Shown here: positions 17,478 to 27,090 of the stretch, piece after piece
Layout of the letters: each line of letters begins with the position of its first letter
Numbering within the stretch: the stretch's first letter is position 1
NCBI RefSeq assembly: GCF_042660085.1
Contig: NZ_JBHSTI010000002.1
Coordinates: 60,001-92,000, forward strand
Length of the DNA stretch: 32,000 bases
Direction: 5' to 3'
From: Longivirga aurantiaca
GTDB taxonomy: Bacteria; Actinomycetota; Actinomycetes; S36-B12; CAIYMF01
Translations under genes and position numbers: made by a program
Notes under the pieces: generated by a model
Databases searched by the model: none
What the model was told of the DNA's origin: nothing
What the model saw: only the letters and a program-made list of their open reading frames with translations

Positions 17478-17720
17478 ACGTCGGGAAGTTCGACGTGAGC
17501 GAGACGGCCTCAGCGGAGTACGTTCAGGCACATCCCGAGCCGGCTGACGAAGCCGGCTGTTGAGACTGCCGGCAGCACGGACCCGCAGGCCGTCACGGAT
17601 GCCGTCGTGGGCGCCAGCTACCACGGGCCCTTCGGCACGTGCGGCATTACCAAGGAGAAGTTGATGAGTTGCCCGACCGTCCTCACGCTCGTGCAGGGCA
17701 GCAACGCGACAGTGTCCGCT
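17478..17720 (+). pseudogene. degraded fragment of a paralogue of the Liv-type substrate-binding protein gene
   Basis: Nucleotide and protein similarity to 1704-2090 of the intact SBP gene, with an internal deletion (GASYHGPFGTCGITKEKLMSCPTVLTLV versus GSSYDGPFGTCSITEEKYMSCPTVFTVL). It has no start, signal peptide or proper end. Confidence 0.65.
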
Positions 17721-17721
17721 G

Positions 17722-17772
17722 GCACCGGACCGCCTCTGGTTCGCGGACTTCACCTACGTCTCGACGTGGTCC
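17722..17772 (+). mobile_element. 17-codon remnant of an IS3-family (IS6110-like) transposase OrfB
   Basis: Reads APDRLWFADFTYVSTWS, matching the conserved start of the IS3 integrase core (IS6110: APNRLWVADLTYVSTWAG). Similarity stops abruptly about 8 nt before the aminotransferase stop codon. Confidence 0.55.
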
Positions 17773-17779
17773 TCGCACC

Positions 17780-19141
17780 TCAGAGCAGCGCCGCGGCCTT
17801 GGTGAGCACGACCCGCAGGATCTGCTCGATCTCGACGAAGTGCTCCTGGGTGCAGATCAGCGGGGGAGAGAGCTGGATGACCGGGTCGCCGCGGTCGTCG
17901 GCGCGGCAGTACAGACCCTCGGCGTAGAGCTGGTTGTAGACGAAGCCGTGAAGAATCCGCTCGCACTCCTCGTCGCTGAACGTCTCCTTGGTTGCCTTGT
18001 CCTTGACCAGCTCGATGCCGTAGAAGTAACCCTCGCCGCGGACGTCGCCGACGATCGGCAGGTCGAGAAGCCGCTCCAAGGTCGCCCGGAACGCGCCCTC
18101 GTTGCTGCGGACGTTCTCGAGGACGTGCTCGTTCTCGAACGCGTCGAGGTTGGCATTGGCGACGGCGGCTGAGACCGGGTGGCCGCCGAACGTATAGCCG
18201 TGGAGGAACGCGTTGCCGTCGCGCAGGAACGGCTCCATGAGCCGGTCGGTCGCGATCATCGCGCCGAGGGGGGCGTAGCCGGAGGTGATGCCCTTGGCGC
18301 AGGTGATGATGTCGGGCTGGTAGCCGTAGCGCTCGGCGCCGAACATGTAGCCGAGCCGGCCGAAGGCGCAGATGACCTCGTCGGAGACCAGCAGGACGTC
18401 GTACTCGTCGCAGATCTCGCGGACCCGCTCGAAGTAGCCGGGCGGCGGCGGGAAGCAGCCGCCGGCATTCTGCACCGGCTCGAGGAAGACGGCCGCGACG
18501 GTGTTGGGGCCCTCGTTCTGGATGGCTACCGCGATCTGGTCGGCGGCCCAGCGGCCGAAGGCCTTGAGGTCGTCGGCGCGCTCGGGGGCGCGGTAGAAGT
18601 TGGTGTTGGGGACGCGGAACGTCGAGGGCACCAAAGGCTCGAACTGCTGCTTGAGCCCCGGCAGGCCGGTGATGGAGAGCGCACCCTGAGTGGTCCCGTG
18701 GTAGGCGATGGACCGCGAGATCACCTTGTGCTTCATCGGCTTGCCGGTGAGCTTGAAATAGTTCTTGGCCAGCTTCCACGCGCTCTCGACGGCCTCGCTT
18801 CCGCCACTGGTGAAGAAGACCCGGTTGAGGTCACCCGGCGCGCTGCCGGCGATCCGCTCGGCGAGCGTGATCGCCTGCGGGTGGGCGTAGGACCACAGCG
18901 GCATGAAGGCCAGCTCCTTCGCCTGCTTGGCGGCCGCCTCTGCGAGGTCGGCGCGCCCGTGGCCGAGCTGGCTGGTGAACAGCCCGGCCAGCGCGTCGAG
19001 GTAGCGCTTCCCCTGGTCGTCGTAGATGTAGGCGCCCTCGCCCCGCACGATCACCGGGATGTCGGCGTCGGTGTGTCGGGCAAAGTGCATCCACAGGTGG
19101 GCGTGGGCCGACTTCTGGAGCTGGTCGTGGTCGTGGGTCAT
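17780..19141 (-). CDS. class-III (omega) pyridoxal-phosphate aminotransferase
   Basis: 453 aa with HLWMHFARH, FTSGGSEAVESAWKLAK, DEVICAFGRLG and CAKGITSGYAPLGA (PLP-lysine region), typical of putrescine / beta-alanine / omega-amino-acid:pyruvate aminotransferases. Confidence 0.9.
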   Translation of the reverse strand: MTHDHDQLQKSAHAHLWMHFARHTDADIPVIVRGEGAYIYDDQGKRYLDALAGLFTSQLGHGRADLAEAAAKQAKELAFMPLWSYAHPQAITLAERIAGSAPGDLNRVFFTSGGSEAVESAWKLAKNYFKLTGKPMKHKVISRSIAYHGTTQGALSITGLPGLKQQFEPLVPSTFRVPNTNFYRAPERADDLKAFGRWAADQIAVAIQNEGPNTVAAVFLEPVQNAGGCFPPPPGYFERVREICDEYDVLLVSDEVICAFGRLGYMFGAERYGYQPDIITCAKGITSGYAPLGAMIATDRLMEPFLRDGNAFLHGYTFGGHPVSAAVANANLDAFENEHVLENVRSNEGAFRATLERLLDLPIVGDVRGEGYFYGIELVKDKATKETFSDEECERILHGFVYNQLYAEGLYCRADDRGDPVIQLSPPLICTQEHFVEIEQILRVVLTKAAALL

Positions 19142-19165
19142 ACTGGTATGTTACCTGCATGACCC
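19128..19165. promoter_or_regulatory. 17-nt divergent intergenic region with back-to-back TANNNT hexamers and an ATGTTACC box
   Basis: GGGTCATACTGGTATGTTACCTGCATGACCC. CAT 19139-19141 is the aminotransferase start and ATG 19159 starts the plus ORF. TAACAT (minus) and TATGTT (plus) each lie 6 nt from their start codon. The core CATACTGGTATG resembles CATACTAGTATG of the 9044 palindrome. Confidence 0.45.
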
Positions 19166-19500
19166 GGGAAATGATGCAACTGGGAACTGTTGCCCACCTC
19201 GTCGGCGGCGACGCGGTTGACCTCGACGACCTGAAGGCCCGGGAGGGGGCCGACGTCGGCATCGTCGGGCGCCGCTGGTCGACGGCACTCCGCGCCGACC
19301 CCGCACACACTGCGGCCCTACGGCCATCCGGCAGACCTGCCGCCTGGCTCGGCTCGCTCTTCCGCTACTCGCCGGGGCTTTCCGACATCACCGCGTTCCT
19401 CGCCAACCAGGTCCGCAACGAGGCGCTGTCCGGCCTGGCGGCGAAGAAGGTCGGCAGCACCCACAACCCGGCCGGACCGGTGCTCGAGGGATTGCGATGA
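19159..19500 (+). CDS. hypothetical protein (113 aa), translationally coupled to the amidohydrolase
   Basis: Open frame with mostly G/C-ending codons. Its stop overlaps the ATG of the next gene (ATGA at 19497-19500). No family was recognised from sequence. Confidence 0.45.
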   Translation: MTREMMQLGTVAHLVGGDAVDLDDLKAREGADVGIVGRRWSTALRADPAHTAALRPSGRPAAWLGSLFRYSPGLSDITAFLANQVRNEALSGLAAKKVGSTHNPAGPVLEGLR

Positions 19501-21089
19501 GCACCGTGATCCGCGCGGCGGCGGCGTTCGACGGCCACCGTCACCTCGGGCCCACTGACGTCCTGGTGGAGGGTGGCCGCATCACGGCGATGGGCCAGGA
19601 GCTGCAGGGCGACGTGGTGCTGGATGCGGCGTTCGTGAGCCCCGGCTTCACCGACGCCCACGTCCACCCCGTCCTCGGCGGGCTCGAGCGGGTGCGCTGC
19701 GACCTCGGGGGGATGTCGACCCTCGAGGAGTACCTCGCCGCGGTCAAGGCGTACGCCGACCGACACCCGGACGCGGAGTGGGTGCTCGGCGGGGGCTGGG
19801 CGATGCCGGCGTTCCCCGGGGGCACACCGCTGGCCGCCGACCTCGACTCGGTGGTGCCGGACCGGCCGGTCTACCTCCCCAACCGGGACCAGCACGGCGC
19901 CTGGGTCAACAGCCGGGCGCTCGCACTGGCCGGGATCGACCGGAACACCCCTGACCCGGCCGACGGCCGGATCGAGCGGGACGAGGCCGGAAACCCGAGC
20001 GGCACCCTGCACGAGGGCGCGACCACCCTGGTCGCGCGCCACCTCCCGGCGCCTACCGCCGAGGAGTACCGCCGCGCCCTGCTCGTCAGCCAGTCCCACC
20101 TGCACTCCCTTGGGGTCACGAGCTGGCAGGACGCCCTGGTCGGCTCCTACTTGGGGATGGCCGACCCGGGGCAGACCTACGTCGACGCCGCCCGCAGCGG
20201 CGAGCTGGTCTCCTACGTCGTCGGGGCGCTCTGGTGGGACCGGCGACGCGGGCTCGAGCAGATCGCGGACCTGGTCGCGCGGCGCGACGCACTGTCGGTG
20301 GGTCGCTTCCACCCGACGAGCATCAAGATCATGCAGGACGGCGTGGCCGAGAACGGGACCGCGGCGCTGCTTGAACCGTACTTCGACCGGTGCGGGCACC
20401 GCACGGGCAACGAGGGTCACTCGTTCCTCGACGCCGGGCTGCTCGCCGAGGCGGTGCCGGCGCTGGACGCGGAGGGGTTCCAGGTCCACGTCCACGCGAT
20501 CGGTGACCGGGCCGTACGGGAGGCGCTGGACGCGATGGTCGGCACCGACCCGGCGCGTCGGCACCACATAGCCCACCTCCAGGTGGTGCACCCCGACGAC
20601 ATCCCCCGGTTCGCCGCGCTCGGCGTGGCCGCGAACTGCCAAGCCCTCTGGGCCAGCCTCGGCGACCAGATGGTCGACCTGGCGATCCCGGTGCTCGGCG
20701 AGCCCCGGGCCGGCTGGCAGTATCCGTTCGGCGACCTGCACCGCAGTGGCGCCCGGCTGGTGATGGGCAGCGACTGGCCGGTCAGCAGGGCGGACCCCCT
20801 GGCGGCGATCCACACCGCGGTCACCCGAACCCAGTACGGCAAGCCGGGCCGGCTCGGTGCGGACCCGTTCCTCGCCGAGCAGGCGATTCCCCTCGAGGTG
20901 GCGTTCGCGGCGTACACCTCCGGCAGCGCGTGGGCCCTGCACCGCGACGATGCCGGACGGCTCGCCCCGGGCGCGGTCGCCGACCTCGTCGTCCTCGACC
21001 GGGATCCGTTCGCTGGCCCGCCCGAGGAGGTCGGCGCCGCGCGCGTGGTGTCCACGTGGGTCGACGGAGGCCCCGTCTTCGGCGGCTGA
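19497..21089 (+). CDS. metal-dependent amidohydrolase (amidohydrolase-3 / YtcJ-like family)
   Basis: 530 aa with N-terminal GFTDAHVHPVLGG (HxH metal motif), HVHAIGDRAVREALDA, IAHLQVV and GSDWPVS, consistent with the TIM-barrel amidohydrolase superfamily. Confidence 0.85.
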   Translation: MSTVIRAAAAFDGHRHLGPTDVLVEGGRITAMGQELQGDVVLDAAFVSPGFTDAHVHPVLGGLERVRCDLGGMSTLEEYLAAVKAYADRHPDAEWVLGGGWAMPAFPGGTPLAADLDSVVPDRPVYLPNRDQHGAWVNSRALALAGIDRNTPDPADGRIERDEAGNPSGTLHEGATTLVARHLPAPTAEEYRRALLVSQSHLHSLGVTSWQDALVGSYLGMADPGQTYVDAARSGELVSYVVGALWWDRRRGLEQIADLVARRDALSVGRFHPTSIKIMQDGVAENGTAALLEPYFDRCGHRTGNEGHSFLDAGLLAEAVPALDAEGFQVHVHAIGDRAVREALDAMVGTDPARRHHIAHLQVVHPDDIPRFAALGVAANCQALWASLGDQMVDLAIPVLGEPRAGWQYPFGDLHRSGARLVMGSDWPVSRADPLAAIHTAVTRTQYGKPGRLGADPFLAEQAIPLEVAFAAYTSGSAWALHRDDAGRLAPGAVADLVVLDRDPFAGPPEEVGAARVVSTWVDGGPVFGG

Positions 21090-21353
21090 TGACGAGAACT
21101 GAACTTCGGGAACATGCTCGACGGTGAGCAGGCCGACGCGGTGTCCGGGGAGAACTGCGACGTTCATCGACCCACTGCGCCTCCGGCAGGACTCGCGCCG
21201 GGCACGACGGAAGACCCTTCCGTTCGGCAGTGACGGCGAACGCAAGCCCTCAGGGTTGAAGGGGCCGTCGCAAGCACCCTCGCGTTTCGAGGTCTCCGTC
21301 TGATCAAGCAGGCTCGACGCACGACCCGTAACCAACGTCTATGGTCAGTACCG

Positions 21354-21566
21354 CTAGACGTCGGAGAGCCGGGCCCCGATACGCAAAGCGACCTGGAAGT
21401 GATCAACGGCCCCAGCGCGCACGTACCCGCGAATCTGAGTGACCTCGAACCAATCGATGTGCTCGACGCTCTGGCACGCGCGCGCCACTGCGTTGCGTAT
21501 CGCCTCGTCGGAACTCACGGTCGAGGTTCCAACAAAGTCACTCAGGACGTACGTGCGGTTCGCCAT
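21354..21566 (-). CDS. dodecin-family flavin-binding protein
   Basis: 70 aa: MANRTYVLSDFVGTSTVSSDEAIRNAVARACQSVEHIDWFEVTQIRGYVRAGAVDHFQVALRIGARLSDV. It closely follows the bacterial dodecin pattern (as recalled for M. tuberculosis Rv1498A: ...VGTS...LDWFEV..IRG......HFQV....GFRL). GAGGGAG lies before the ATG. Confidence 0.8.
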   Translation of the reverse strand: MANRTYVLSDFVGTSTVSSDEAIRNAVARACQSVEHIDWFEVTQIRGYVRAGAVDHFQVALRIGARLSDV

Positions 21567-21623
21567 TCTCCCTCATATCCCGTGGGGACCACTCGGTGCC
21601 CGGGGCACACGCCGGTCGAATCG

Positions 21624-22031
21624 TCATACGGCTTCTGTGTCGCCTTCCCCCATGACCACGAAGTGGGACATGTGCCCGGAGCGCGGCGATGCACCGTGAG
21701 TGTGTGCCACCCCCGCGGGGGTGAAGACCGCGTCTCCCGGCTGAACGACGTACTCGGCGCCGTCCGACGTGACGAGCCCTTCGCCCGAGACGATCAGCAG
21801 CAGCTGGTCCATCGTGTGGATATGCGGGGTGGTGGTCGCGTTGTTGGCGAAGGTGACAAGGGAGACGCGCGTCCACTGTCCTTCCTGCCCGGAGACCAAG
21901 CGAAAGGCCTCGATCTCGCCGCTGAAGACGGGACCCGTGGGGTGCATCACCGGGATCTCACCCGGTCGATGAACAGTCATGCGGCGGGTCACCACGTCCT
22001 CCTCTCGTGCTCGACGCTCCAGCGCCGACAT
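21624..22031 (-). CDS. cupin-domain protein
   Basis: Cupin motifs PHIHTMDQLLLIVSGEG and GDAVFTPAGVAHTHG. The start is uncertain: ATG 22031, the internal GTG pair after GGAGG, or ATG 21980. Confidence 0.7.
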   Translation of the reverse strand: MSALERRAREEDVVTRRMTVHRPGEIPVMHPTGPVFSGEIEAFRLVSGQEGQWTRVSLVTFANNATTTPHIHTMDQLLLIVSGEGLVTSDGAEYVVQPGDAVFTPAGVAHTHGASPRSGHMSHFVVMGEGDTEAV

Positions 22032-22106
22032 TTCCTATAGCAGAACATATTCTGTTGGAAAGAACCGTGTCAAGGAGCTTCCCGCGGCTGAACTGCTGCT
22101 CGACTC

Positions 22107-22335
22107 GGAGCCTCTGGGCATACGGCGCAGGGGTGACAGGTCACCGAGGCCACGGGTCTGCGGTCAGCCTGCGTGCAGCGTCAGCGCCGCGCTCGCGCCT
22201 CTCCTACTGAATGGCCATCGACAGGCAGCGCCGCCAGCAGGGCCAGCTGAAGGAACCGATCTCGATTGCCCGACGGGAGGTGGGTCGCTGCTCGCCCGGT
22301 CGGGGAGCGCGTCCGGCGCCGGATAGGATGCCGCG
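22107..22335 (-). pseudogene. 5'-truncated, stop-interrupted copy of the PPOX-like gene
   Basis: Reverse-strand translation ...GEQRPTSRRAIEIGSFSWPCWRRCLSMAIQ*ERRERGADAARRLTADPWPR*PVTPAPYAQRLR parallels the intact protein ...GEPQRYVSATGSVEVRELDEAECYAAMLSMAVRYEGHERGTEAAGRLAQDPVSLVTLTPHRWHAQVF. In-frame stops lie at plus 22204-22206 and 22141-22143. Similarity continues into GAGTCGAGCAGCAG after the stop position. There is no room for the N-terminal half before purS. Confidence 0.5.
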
Positions 22336-22369
22336 TACCGCCTGACCGAACCTCCCCCTGGAGCGCTCC

Positions 22370-22618
22370 GTGGCCCGCGTCGTCGTCGACGTCATGCTCA
22401 AGCCCGAGATCCTGGACCCCCAGGGCAAGGCCGTCGAAGGGGCGCTCGGACGCCTCGGGCTTCAGGGGGTGAGCTCGGTCCGCCAGGGCAAGACGTTCAC
22501 CCTCGAGCTCGACGGCGACCTCGACGAGGCCCTCCTCGCGCAGGTGCACGAGCTCGCCGGCTCCCTGCTCTCGAACCCCGTGATCGAGGACTACGTCATC
22601 CGCGAGACCTCGGCATGA
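22370..22618 (+). CDS. purS: phosphoribosylformylglycinamidine synthase subunit PurS
   Basis: 82 aa: [29 protein letters not shown]...NPVIEDY, the classic PurS pattern. It lies directly upstream of purQ with an overlapping stop/start. Confidence 0.9.
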   Translation: MARVVVDVMLKPEILDPQGKAVEGALGRLGLQGVSSVRQGKTFTLELDGDLDEALLAQVHELAGSLLSNPVIEDYVIRETSA

Positions 22619-23285
22619 GGATCGGCGTCGTCACGTTCCCCGGGTCGCTCGACGACCAGGACGCGGCCCGCGCCGTCCGCATCGCCGGCGGCGAGGCCGT
22701 CACCCTCTGGCACGGTGACGCCGACCTGCACGGCGTCGACGCCGTGGTGCTCCCCGGCGGCTTCTCGTACGGCGACTACCTCCGCTGCGGCGCCATCGCG
22801 CGCTTCGCGCCTGTCATGGGCCCGCTGGTCGACGCAGCGAACGGCGGCCTCCCGGTGCTCGGCATCTGCAACGGCTTCCAGGTGCTGTGCGAGTCGCACC
22901 TGCTCCCCGGTGCCCTCGTGCGCAACGACCACCTGCACTTCATCTGCCGCGACCAGAAGCTGCGGATCGAGTCGACGAGCACCGCATGGACGTCGTCGTA
23001 CGAGGTGGGCCAGGAGATCGTCGTCCCGCTGAAGAACGGCGAAGGCGGCTACGTGGCCGACGAGGCCACTCTCGACCTGCTCGAGGCCGAGGGCCGCGTC
23101 GTCGCGCGCTACCTCGACCTCAACCCGAACGGCAGCCGCCGCGACATCGCGGGCATCAGCAACGCGCGCGGCAACGTCGTCGGCCTCATGCCCCACCCGG
23201 AGCACGCCGTCGAGGCCCTCACCGGCCCGACCACCGACGGCCTGGGCTTCTTCACCTCGATTCTGAAGGGCCTCGTCGAGGCATC

Positions 23286-23289
<4 letters not shown>
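22615..23289 (+). CDS. purQ: phosphoribosylformylglycinamidine synthase glutaminase subunit PurQ
   Basis: [16 protein letters not shown]...[12 protein letters not shown]...GICNGFQVL (nucleophile Cys)...MPHPEHA (His/Glu), a class-I glutamine amidotransferase of PurQ type. Confidence 0.92.
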
Positions 23290-25553
<2,264 letters not shown>

Positions 25554-25582
25554 CGCCCGCCCTCTGGTTCGTCGACTAGGCC

Positions 25583-25610
25583 GGCTCCGCGCGGTTCGCG
25601 GCGCGGAGCC
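25583..25610 (+). terminator. GC-rich hairpin after purL (possible terminator)
   Basis: GGCTCCGCGC (25583-25592) pairs with GCGCGGAGCC (25601-25610) around an 8-nt loop. There is no U-tract. Confidence 0.35.
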
Positions 25611-25635
25611 GCCCCGGCCTTGGCAGGATGCGCCC

Positions 25636-27090
25636 ATGGCCGACACCAGCGATGCCCCCGAGACGCCGAAGCCGCGTCGGACGCGTACGGCGAAGGCTGC
25701 CGAGCCCGGCGCCCCGGCGCCCGCACGGCGGCGTACGACCAAGGCGGCCGAGCAGCCCGCGCTCGTCGACCGCGGTGCGGCGTGGTGCGTGGTCGGCGCC
25801 GGGCCGCACGGGCTCTCGGCGCTCAAGGCGCTGCTGCAGAACGGCATCGACGCCGACGGCTACGAGCGCGAGTCCGACGTCGGCGGCAACTGGAACTACG
25901 GCGCGGAGAACTCGCGCGTGTACGAGTCGACCCACCTCATCTCGTCCAAGCCGTTCACGCAGTTCCCCGACTTCCCGATGCCCGACTCCTACCCCGACTA
26001 TCCGAGCCACCGGCAGGTGAAGGAGTACTTCGGCCGGTACGCCGACCACTTCGGGCTGCGACGGCGCATCACGTTCGGGGCCGACGTCGTGCACGCGGTG
26101 CCGGTCGACGGCGGCGCGCGCTGGGACGTGACCGTGCGGTCCGGCGGCGTGGAGACGACGTACCGCTACGCAGGTCTCGTGGTCGGCAACGGCCACAACT
26201 GGAACCCGAAGATGCCGGAGTACGCAGGTCTCGACGAGTTCGCGGGCCAGGTGATCCACTCCGCCGACTACAAGGGCGCGGCGGTGCTGCGCGGCAAGCG
26301 GGTGCTCGTGGTCGGCGCGGGCAACACCGGGTGCGACGTCGCGGTGGAGAGCGCGCAGAACGCGGCGCACACGTTCCACTCGACGCGGCGCGGCTACTAC
26401 TACAACCCGAAGTTCACGCTCGGGCGTCCGAGCGACCAGGTGGCCGACTCGCTGCTCGCGATGCGGCTGCCGCTGCCCGTGCGGCGCGCGCTGTTCGGCA
26501 CGACGCTGAAGCTGGTCGTCGGCGACATCACGAAGTTCGGGCTGCAGAAGCCCGACCACAAGTTCTTCGAGACGCACCCGATCGTCAACCAGCAGCTCGT
26601 CTACTACGTCGGCCACGGCGACATCACGCCCAAGCGCGACATCGACCACTTCGACGCTGCCGGCGCGGTGTTCGCCGACGGCAGCCGCGCCGACGTCGAC
26701 CTCGTCGTGTTCTGCACGGGCTACCTCGTGACGTTCCCGTTCCTCGAGCACCAGTGGCTCAACTGGCAGGGCGACCACCCTCAGCTCTTCCTGCAGATGT
26801 TCACGCCGGCGTACGACAACCTCATCGTGTCCGGGCTCATCCAGCCCGACTCCGGGCAGTGGACGCTCGCGCACTGGCAGGGCATCCTCGCCGCCCGCGT
26901 GGCCGAGGCCCTGGCGCTCAAACCCCAGGTGGCGCACCGGTTCCTGGCTCGTGCCAACGCCGAGGCCGGACGCCGCTTCAGCGCCGGCACCGAGTACAAG
27001 GAGTCGACCCGACACTACTTCGAGGTCGCCCACCAGGAGTACCTGCAGGCGCTGCAGGACGCCATCCACGAGCTCGAGGAGTCCGCATGA
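25636..27090 (+). CDS. flavin-containing monooxygenase (FMO-type, NAD(P)H-dependent)
   Basis: GxGxxG twice (VVGAGPHG, VVGAGNTG). The FMO-identifying motif FxGxxxHxxxY is present as FAGQVIHSADY. A basic Pro/Ala/Lys/Arg-rich extension of about 45 aa sits at the N-terminus. Confidence 0.85.
   Translation: MADTSDAPETPKPRRTRTAKAAEPGAPAPARRRTTKAAEQPALVDRGAAWCVVGAGPHGLSALKALLQNGIDADGYERESDVGGNWNYGAENSRVYESTHLISSKPFTQFPDFPMPDSYPDYPSHRQVKEYFGRYADHFGLRRRITFGADVVHAVPVDGGARWDVTVRSGGVETTYRYAGLVVGNGHNWNPKMPEYAGLDEFAGQVIHSADYKGAAVLRGKRVLVVGAGNTGCDVAVESAQNAAHTFHSTRRGYYYNPKFTLGRPSDQVADSLLAMRLPLPVRRALFGTTLKLVVGDITKFGLQKPDHKFFETHPIVNQQLVYYVGHGDITPKRDIDHFDAAGAVFADGSRADVDLVVFCTGYLVTFPFLEHQWLNWQGDHPQLFLQMFTPAYDNLIVSGLIQPDSGQWTLAHWQGILAARVAEALALKPQVAHRFLARANAEAGRRFSAGTEYKESTRHYFEVAHQEYLQALQDAIHELEESA

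Noticed and set aside
19365-21335. 656-aa ORF on the minus strand
   Set aside because: It is antisense to the amidohydrolase. Only its first ~25 codons (21107-21178) look gene-like; these are noted separately as a possible dehydrogenase 5' remnant.
25576-27069. 497-aa minus-strand ORF and the 25620..27938 plus-strand 772-aa ORF
   Set aside because: The minus ORF is antisense to the FMO gene. The 772-aa plus ORF is out of frame with the FMO for its first ~489 codons, and only its last 283 codons (27087-27938) form the real alpha/beta hydrolase.
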